Assembly: GCF_006345805.1 (NCBI RefSeq)
Contig: NC_043001.1
Span: 93,992,001 to 94,056,000, forward strand
DNA length: 64,000 nucleotides
Reading direction: 5' to 3'
Origin: Octopus sinensis
Lineage: Eukaryota
The translations under genes and the position numbers were made by a program. Positions 56,229-64,000 of the stretch are shown piece after piece. Below the pieces are notes generated by a model. It was not told the DNA's origin and ran no database searches. It saw nothing but the letters and a program-made list of their open reading frames with translations. Within the stretch, counting starts at the first letter, position 1. Each line of letters opens with the position of its first letter.

Positions 56229-56265
56229 GGTTTAATGTTTTGAGCGGAGCTCTTCGTCAGAACAT
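56229..56265 (-). ncRNA. Decayed minimal hammerhead-like motif within a short repeat (~56140-56330)
   Basis: Minus strand AUGUU-CUGACGA-A-GAGC(UCC)GCUC-AAAACAUUAAAC. CUGANGA and stem II are intact; the expected GAAACGU reads AAAACAU (two G->A changes at CpG). Confidence 0.45.
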
Positions 56266-56329
56266 AGGGAAAGGAAAGATCCAAAGAAGGGAAGACAGAG
56301 GAAAAAATCGCCAACGGTACACACGCGGT

Positions 56330-56369
<40 letters not shown>

Positions 56370-56454
56370 CTTGCATACATACACCTCTAAGATTGAAACC
56401 AAGGAACAGGCCCTTATGAGTCGGTATGACACGAGAAGGTAACGTCACCTTCAG

Positions 56455-56690
56455 GAGGCTCGTGGTTCAGTGGTTAGGGTGTTGGACTCATGATCGTATG
56501 ACAGTGGTTTCGATTCCTGGACCGAGAGACGCGTTGCGTTCTTGAGCAAAATACTTCATTTCACGTTACTGCAGTCCACTCATCTGGCAAAAATGAATAC
56601 TCCTGCGAAGGATCGACATACCGTTCAGCGGGAGAGGGGAAATATATATGCCATGGAAACCAATTCTTATGAGTCTGTATGACGGGAGAA
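56455..56690 (+). mobile_element. tRNA-headed SINE (family C type)
   Basis: 'gtggttcagtggttagggtgttggactc...gtttcgattcctgg...gttcttgagcaaaatacttcatttcacgtt'. Confidence 0.7.
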
Positions 56691-57024
56691 GGTAACTTTA
56701 TTGTTTTTACATGTCTAAGCTCTTCCTGTACTGTAATAATAACGGTCACCGAAACCTCTTCAAACATGCCGATTACTCGTTTTCCTTTTCGCTCTACACG
56801 GCCTCAGCTCCTTCCTTATGATGTCGTACCAGCACGATCTACGTTAATTTTTTCTTGGTATTCCATTCAGTCTTTTTCCTCATTTTGCCGTCCATTCCAT
56901 CTGCATTCCTTCATCACGGTAGCACGTCTCTTCTACGGTAACCAAAGCTTAGAGTCAGTAAACCATTTCCGTCGCATAGTCAGCATGTTCTATGGTTGCT
57001 ATTCTCATCACCTTTCCATTTCTC

Positions 57025-57103
57025 AATCTGTATCGGCATCAAAGCACATGATTGAACGTAAGCAGGGCCCATGGAAAATGTCCATCACACTCGAGATCTT
57101 CGC

Positions 57104-57185
<82 letters not shown>

Positions 57186-57355
57186 TATGCATATATGTGT
57201 GTTTCATGTATATCTATACTTATTTGTGTATGTATGCTTGAATGTATTTATACACATGAGAGCCTGTAAGGAGACAGCGAAGATCTCGAGTGTGATGGAC
57301 ATTTTCCATGGGCCCTGCTTACGTTCAATCATGTGATTTGATGCCGATACAGATT
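57025..57355. repeat. 84-bp inverted repeat (one mismatch) around a TA-rich spacer
   Basis: Arm 57025-57108 'aatctgtatcggcatc...cttcgctgtct' is the reverse complement of arm 57272-57355. Confidence 0.92.
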
Positions 57356-57716
57356 ATATATATATATATATAATCCTTTTATCATTAATTAATAAATCTT
57401 AGGGTAGCAACACAATTTTAGAAAAATTCTCCGCTACCAATGGTCTAGCGAGAAGGAAAAAATAGTCAATAAACTATATAATATACATTTAAACACATAA
57501 GTGATTTTGGGTTTAACTGCTCTTTCTAGTGAGTCTGATGTCCTATTGTGGTCGTCTCTTATGTGTTTAAATATATATATATATGTATATATGAATACAT
57601 ACACACATACATAATACATACATACATACATACATATTATCTCCGTTACTTCCTAGCAAACTAACACACCTGCTTGTTTATACACCTGTGTTCGTTTTTT
57701 GTTTTTCTGGAAAATT

Positions 57717-57754
<38 letters not shown>

Positions 57755-57905
57755 AATTAAGGACTGAACACGAAAAGTGGACAGTCAACATGCTAGATAT
57801 AGACGTCAAATCGCCATTCACCACAAAAGATTATGTTCTCAGATCAAACTCAACACAAAACCATAGCAATAAACAAGTGAAAAATATACGAAATAAAATA
57901 ATTAC

Positions 57906-57969
57906 CCATGTACTAAATTAGTTTCAGCTGTTATTTTCCGCAAGGAAAACTGCAGCATCATCAGCATGG
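57906..57969 (-). ncRNA. Type I hammerhead ribozyme motif (1-nt deletion in stem II)
   Basis: Minus strand CCAUG-CUGAUGA-UGCUG..CAGCU-GAA-ACUAAUUUAGU-A-CAUGG. Confidence 0.7.
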
Positions 57970-58610
57970 TCCGTTATAAATGTAATTTGCTGGACTAGAT
58001 GCAAACACGATACCGAAATATCGCGTGCATGGAGTTCAGCCTGTTACATTTGAATATATTTTCAAATGCTTTACCTTGGCGCGTTGGAACCCGAGAAAAC
58101 TAGACTGCAGCAATAATTAGCAGCAGTTAATTTATCGGTTAGAGAACAATTTAATATAAATTAATTAAGGGTAGAAATTGATATTTATCAATTAAGACCA
58201 GTGGTCTAGCATATAAAAAAGAATCCGAAGATTAAACTATTTATATATACCAATAAGGACTGAACACGAAAAGTGGACAGTCAACATGCTAGATATAGAC
58301 GTCAAATCGCCATTCACCACAAAAGATTATGTTCTCAGATCAAACTCAACACAAAACCATAGCAATAAACAAGTGAAAAATATACGAAATAAAATAATTA
58401 CCCATGTACTAAATTATATAAATAAATATGTTCTCTAACCGATAAATTAACTGCTGCTAATTATTAGCTGCAGTCTAGTTTTCTCGGGTTCCAACGCGCC
58501 AAGGTAAAGGCATTTGAAAGATATATTCAAATGTAACAGGCTGAACTCCATGCACGCGATATTTCGGTATCGTGTTTGCATCTAGTCCAGCAAATTACAT
58601 TTATAACGGA

Positions 58611-58675
58611 CCATGCTGATGATGGCTGCAGTTTTCCTTGCGGAAAATAACAGCTGAAACTAATTTAGTACATGG
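58611..58675 (+). ncRNA. Type I hammerhead ribozyme motif; predicted cleavage after GUA (58670)
   Basis: CCAUG / CUGAUGA / U-GGCUG-CA-GUUUUCC(UUGC)GGAAAAU-AA-CAGCU / GAA / ACUA(AUU)UAGU / A / CAUGG. Stem I pairs CCAUG:CAUGG and extends via AUAA:UUAU after a CGGA/GUAA internal loop. Confidence 0.85.
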
Positions 58676-59117
58676 GTAATTATTTTATTTCGTATATTTT
58701 TCACTTGTTTATTGCTATGGTTTTGTGTTGAGTTTGATCTGAGAACATAATCTTTTGTGGTGAATGGCGATTTGACGTCTATATCTAGCATGTTGACTGT
58801 CCACGTTTCGTGTTCAGTCCTTAATTGGTATATATAATATTTTAATCTTCGGATTCTTTTTTAATATGCTAGACCACTGGTCTTAATTGATAAATATCAA
58901 TTTCTTACCCTTAATTAATTTTATATAAATAAATATGTTCTCTAACCGATAAAATAACTGCTGCTAATTATTAGCTGCAGTCTAGTTTTCTCGGGTTCCA
59001 ACGCGCCAAAGGTAAGGCATTTGAAAGATATATTCAAATGTAATAGGCTGAACTCCATGCACGCGATATTTCGGTATCGTTTTTGCATCTAGTCCAGCAA
59101 ATTACATTTATAACGGA

Positions 59118-59182
59118 CCATGCTGATGATGGCTGCAGTTTTCCTTGCGGAAAATAACAGCTGAAACTAATTTAGTACATGG
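59118..59182 (+). ncRNA. Type I hammerhead ribozyme motif; predicted cleavage after 59177
   Basis: Same sequence as the 58611-58675 motif, 507 nt downstream. Confidence 0.85.
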
Positions 59183-59453
59183 GTAATATTTTATTTCGTA
59201 TATTTTTCACTTGTTTATTGCTATGGTTTTGTGTTGAGTTTGATCTGAGAACATAATCTTTTGTGGTGAATGGCGATTTGACGTCTATATCTAGCATGTG
59301 ACTGTCCACTTTTCGTGTTCAGTCCTTAATTGGTATATATAAATATTTTAATCTTCGGATTCTTTTTTAATATGCTAGACCACTGGTCTTAATTGATAAA
59401 TATCAATTTCTACCCTAATTAATTTTATATATATATATATAATATATATATAT

Positions 59454-59493
<40 letters not shown>

Positions 59494-60013
59494 TATGCAT
59501 CTATGTGTTTCATGTTATCTATATACTTATTTGTGTATGTATGCTTGAATGTATTTATACACATGAGAGCCTGTAAGGAGACAGCGAAGATCTCGAGTGT
59601 GATGGACATTTTCCATGGGCCCTGCTTACGTTCAATCATGTGATTTGATGCCGATACAGATTATATATATATATATATAATCCTTTTATCATTAATTATA
59701 AATCTTAGGGCAACACAATTTTAGAAAAATTCTCCGCTACCAATGGTCTAGCGAGAGGAAAAAATAGTCATAAACTATATAATATCAATTTAAACACATA
59801 AGTGATTTTGGGGTTTAACTGCTCTTTCTAGTGTCTGATTTCCTATTGTGGTCGTCTCTTATGTGTTTAAATATATATATATGATGTTATATGAAACATA
59901 CACACATACATAATACATACATACATACATACATATTATCTCCGTTACTTCCTAGCAAACTAACACACCTGCTTGTTTATACACCTGTGTTCGTTTTTTG
60001 TTTTTCTGGAAAA

Positions 60014-60054
<41 letters not shown>

Positions 60055-60201
60055 AATTAAGGACTGAACACGAAAAGTGGACAGTCAACAGCTAGATATA
60101 GACGTCAAATCGCCATTCACCACAAAAGATTATGTTCTCAGATCAACTCAACACAAAACCATAGCAATAAACAGTGAAAATATCCGAAATAAAATAATTA
60201 C

Positions 60202-60266
60202 CCATGTACTAAATTAGTTTCAGCTGTTATTTTCCGCAAGGAAAACTGCAGCCATCATCAGCATGG
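60202..60266 (-). ncRNA. Type I hammerhead ribozyme motif
   Basis: Reverse complement of the 58611-58675 motif. Confidence 0.83.
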
Positions 60267-60906
60267 TCCGTTATAAATGTAATTGCTGGACTAGATGCAA
60301 ACACGATACCGAAATATCGCGTGCATGGAGTTCAGCCTGTTACATTTGAATATATCTTTCAAATGCCTTTACCTTGGCGCGTGGAACCCGAGAAAACTAG
60401 ACTGCAGCTAATAATTAGCAGCAGTTAATTTATCGGTTAGAGAACATATTTATTTATATAAAATTAATTAAGGGTAGAATTGATATTTATCATTAAGACC
60501 AGGTCTAGCATATTAAAAAATCCGAAGATTAAAATATTAATATATCCCAATTAAGGACTGAACACGAAAAGTGGACAGTCCAACATGCTAGATATAGACG
60601 TCAAATCGCCTATCACCACAAAAGATTATGTTCTCAGATCAAACTCAACACAAAACCATAGCAATAAACAAGTGAAAAATATACGAAATAAAATAATTAC
60701 CATGTACTAAATTTAATAAATAAATATGTTCTCTAACCGATAATTTAACTGCTGCTAATTATTCAGCTGCAGTCTAGTTTTCTCGGGTTCCCACGCGCCA
60801 AGGTAAAGGCATTTGAAAGAATATTCAAATGTAACAGGCTGAACTCCATGCACGCGATATTCGGTATCGTGTTTGCATCTAGTCCGCAAATTACATTTAT
60901 AACGGA

Positions 60907-60969
60907 CCTGCTATGATGGCTGCAGTTTTCCTTGCGGAAAATAACAGCTGAAACTAATTTAGTACATGG
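60907..60969 (+). ncRNA. Hammerhead motif copy with two 1-nt deletions (CCUG-CUAUGA)
   Basis: Stem II, GAAA, stem III and GUA^CAUGG intact; core reads CUAUGA (mutation or sequence error). Confidence 0.55.
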
Positions 60970-61406
60970 GTAATTATTTTTTTCGTATATTTTTCACTTG
61001 TTTATTGCTATGGTTTTGTGTTGAGTTTGATCTGAGACATATCTTTTGTGGTGAATGGCGATTTGACGTCTATATCTAGCATGTTGACTGTCCACGTTTC
61101 GTGTTCAGTCCTTAATTGGTATATATAAATATTTTAATCTTCGGATTCTTTTTTAATATGCTAGACCCTGGTCTTAATTGATAAATATCAATTTCTTACC
61201 CTTAATAATTTTATATAAATAAATATGTTCTCTAACCGATAAATTAACTGCTGCTAATTATTAGCTGCAGTCTAGTTTTCTCGGGTTCCAACGCGCCAAG
61301 GTAAAGGCATTTGAAAGATATATTCAAATGTAATAGGCTGAACTCCATGCACGCGATATTTCGGTATCGTTTTTGCATCTATTCCAGCAAATTACATTAT
61401 AACGGA

Positions 61407-61471
61407 CCATGGCTGAATGAGGCTGCAGTTTTCTTGCGGAAAATAACAGCTGAAACTAATTTAGTACATGG
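61407..61471 (+). ncRNA. Hammerhead motif copy with 1-nt indels (CCAUGG-CUGAAUGA-GGCUG)
   Basis: 3' half intact; core altered by single-base indels. Confidence 0.55.
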
Positions 61472-61727
61472 GTATTATTTTATTTCGTATATTTTTCCTT
61501 GTTGTATTGCTATGGTTTTGTGTTGAGTTTGATCTGAGAACATAATCTTTTGTGGTGAATGGCGATTTGACGTCTATATCTAGCATGTTCCTGTCCACTT
61601 TTCGTGTTCAGTCCTTAATTGGTATATATAAATATTTTAATCTTCGGATTCTTTTTTAATATGCTAGACCACTGGTCTTAATTGATAAATATCAATTTCT
61701 ACCCTTAAATTAATTATATATATAATA

Positions 61728-61758
<31 letters not shown>

Positions 61759-61764
61759 GATATA

Positions 61765-61885
61765 TTGGCCTGCTCGCTTAGCCAACGGGGTGGTGTCATT
61801 TGAAGGCTAAAACAATGTGAAGCGCATTGTGACCAGCGATGTGTAGCAACATCTGATAGCCTGGTTAGTCACGGTGATCACGGTG
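61765..61885 (+). mobile_element. SINE/LINE 3'-tail fragment
   Basis: Matches the reverse complement of 25935-26045. Confidence 0.7.
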
Positions 61886-63556
61886 ACATTTGTATATACA
61901 TATATATAATGAATCCGAAAGAGGGCAGCACTCGGGAGATATGGTGTTTTTACATCTTTTACTATATGAGAGAATCCTTTCTCTACGGTAACCAATATAA
62001 ATTTCACACACACAAACATACACACACACACACACACATACACACAAACTTGAGCGTCTATGTGTATGTAGTTATGTACACTTTAATTTGAACTCACTCA
62101 GAAGTAACTTCACTTCAATATGAAATATCTTTCAGAAAAAAACAAAAAAAATGTTACTCGTATTCTAAAATAGCCGACTAATTGACGCCAGACGTTGAAC
62201 TATGGAAGGCAAACACGACTTGTTCAGTCTATAAAATCATGACGTAAAGAGAGACAACCAAGTGTCTAATGCATTTTCTGCTCGGCCCTTCCAATTTAGC
62301 TATTTCCCATTGAATATTAAATTCACTACCCATCTTTCCGTCCCCTCTTTTTATTTCCTCTTTTCTCACTTTTAATCTCTCTTTATATTTCTTTTTTGTG
62401 CCCTAAGATACTCTTTGTTTTATTTCAACTTCATTACGGCAAATGAATTTTATTTTCGATGTGTTTCTCTACTCAGCACTTTGTATTTCCTTTCCTGTTT
62501 CTGCATTATTTTACTAAAAATATATTTTGTTTATCTTTTTATGCATTTTCTTCTTTAAAAACAAAAACTCTTGCGTTTAACTCATTTTCATCCTTTACTC
62601 TTATCAAATACCTGTTTCTTTACATTTTAGCATTGTCGAGCCAATATATTTTATATTGTTTAGAGAGAAACAAGTATCATTTATTACTGTTACTCATCGG
62701 TCTAATGGCAACTATGTTTGTCTAAAGTGAACTTGAATATCTTTAGGGTGATGTAAGCAGAAAAAACGTATGCCTGTTATAAAAATATACTCTAGAAATT
62801 GACAGCTTGAAAATGAGCGAAACACAATTGATGTTGTTCGCATTAATACAACACGCTGACCATTTCAAATATTCACATGGTAGATTTACAGTACAAAATC
62901 AAATCGTTTGTAGTTTTTCATTATACGCGTAGAATTACACAGATAGACCCTTGAAGTATGTAGAGTAGCTAAGAACATTAACCGCTGTTAATGATGTAGA
63001 TTCGAAAGATATGCGTCTGAACAGACCAATTCTGGAGATGTTGAATACGGAATCATTTCAACAGCGAGCTTACATAAGCTATGGCACGACATCTTAGCGA
63101 TTATCAAGGCATAACTAATGTATACATAACTGCTATAATGAGAAAAAATGCAGATGATAACTACATAGACAAAAATAATCAAACTGACGATGCAGGTAAC
63201 CGCTGTGGATTTCAACGCAGAATGGAAAACCTGGATATATTGATTATATAAATACAGTGCGGGGAAATGTTCTATAAATACAAGATCTGTAGATGTTAGC
63301 TTGGCTAATCAGATGTCACACAAGTTTTATTAGTAGTTGTTGGTTATAAATTTAGAGGTTTTAGAAATCGACTAAAGCGTCTAATGAAGGACTTGTCAAA
63401 GTGATATTCAAATACAGATGCAGCATCGGCAAAATGCCGTTGGACAATAATTTGCATATACATACATTTTCTCGAAGGCACATACACACACACGTACGCA
63501 CACACTCACGTGTGCGTTCCCTCATGCACACACACACACAGACACACACACACATA

Positions 63557-63621
<65 letters not shown>

Positions 63622-64000
63622 TGTATGTGTTTATTTCTCAATAAATTCAGACATGCATGTATGTATGTATATATGTATGTATATATATACGTATATATGT
63701 AGGTTACAAGAGGTAATGGTGTCACTGAGACCCAAAGGTGTCAGGTAATGCTGAATAAGTGCTATAAGCAAACCATAGTTAAGTTCCAGGTTCGGAAAAA
63801 AATTCTTATATAGGTATGTATGTATGTATGTATGTATGTATGCATCTGTGCGTGTGTATGTATGCATGCATAGCATAGAGACATGGTCAAAATTAATAAG
63901 TAATGAGTGCAGATGTCTAGTCGTTATGTCTGTTTGTCAGACTATACTGGCAGACGTGGATTAGGTAACAAAAAAGATTGAACAGCTTCTAAACACTACT

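Larger units (their letters stand above)
57753..59428. mobile_element. Hammerhead-containing ~500-bp tandem/inverted array (retrozyme or PLE pseudo-LTR-like), block 1
   Basis: About 1.33 monomers in one orientation (57753-58416; second monomer starts ~58250), then two monomers inverted (~58417-59428). No protein-like ORF. Confidence 0.8.
60053..61715. mobile_element. Hammerhead-containing ~500-bp tandem/inverted array, block 2
   Basis: Same architecture as block 1; inversion junction at ~60712. Confidence 0.78.
57110..61750. repeat. ~2.3-kb direct tandem duplication (57110-59430 / 59430-61750) bounded by (TA)n
   Basis: 'ccaattaaggactgaacacg' follows (TA)n at 57753 and at 60053 (offset 2300); the same internal order of segments in both blocks. 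Confidence 0.92.

Noticed and set aside
57753-61715. CRISPR-like or simple satellite interpretation of the array
   Set aside because: No repeat-spacer alternation and eukaryotic context. Units are ~500 bp, structured, partly inverted and ribozyme-bearing.

Overview
AT-rich eukaryotic (metazoan) genomic DNA, very rich in microsatellites. The SINE families look like those of octopus genomes; this is recognition from memory, not a database result. No host gene can be identified and almost all ORF-track entries are microsatellite or antisense-repeat read-throughs. Recognisable content: three tRNA-headed SINE families in many copies, a CR1-group LINE 3' half (27.6-29.8 kb), an RTE LINE 3' end, three R4/Dong-type retrotransposon fragments (two next to (TAA)n), a mariner fragment and a Penelope-like RT fragment. 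The most striking feature is at 57.7-61.7 kb: a ~500-bp non-coding monomer arranged in tandem and inverted copies between (TA)n tracts. Each full copy carries a type I hammerhead ribozyme motif (CCAUG-CUGAUGA-stem II-GAAA-stem III-GUA^CAUGG), i.e. a retrozyme or Penelope pseudo-LTR-like self-cleaving RNA array. Two more hammerhead-like cores from other repeat families lie at 46.05 and 56.2 kb.
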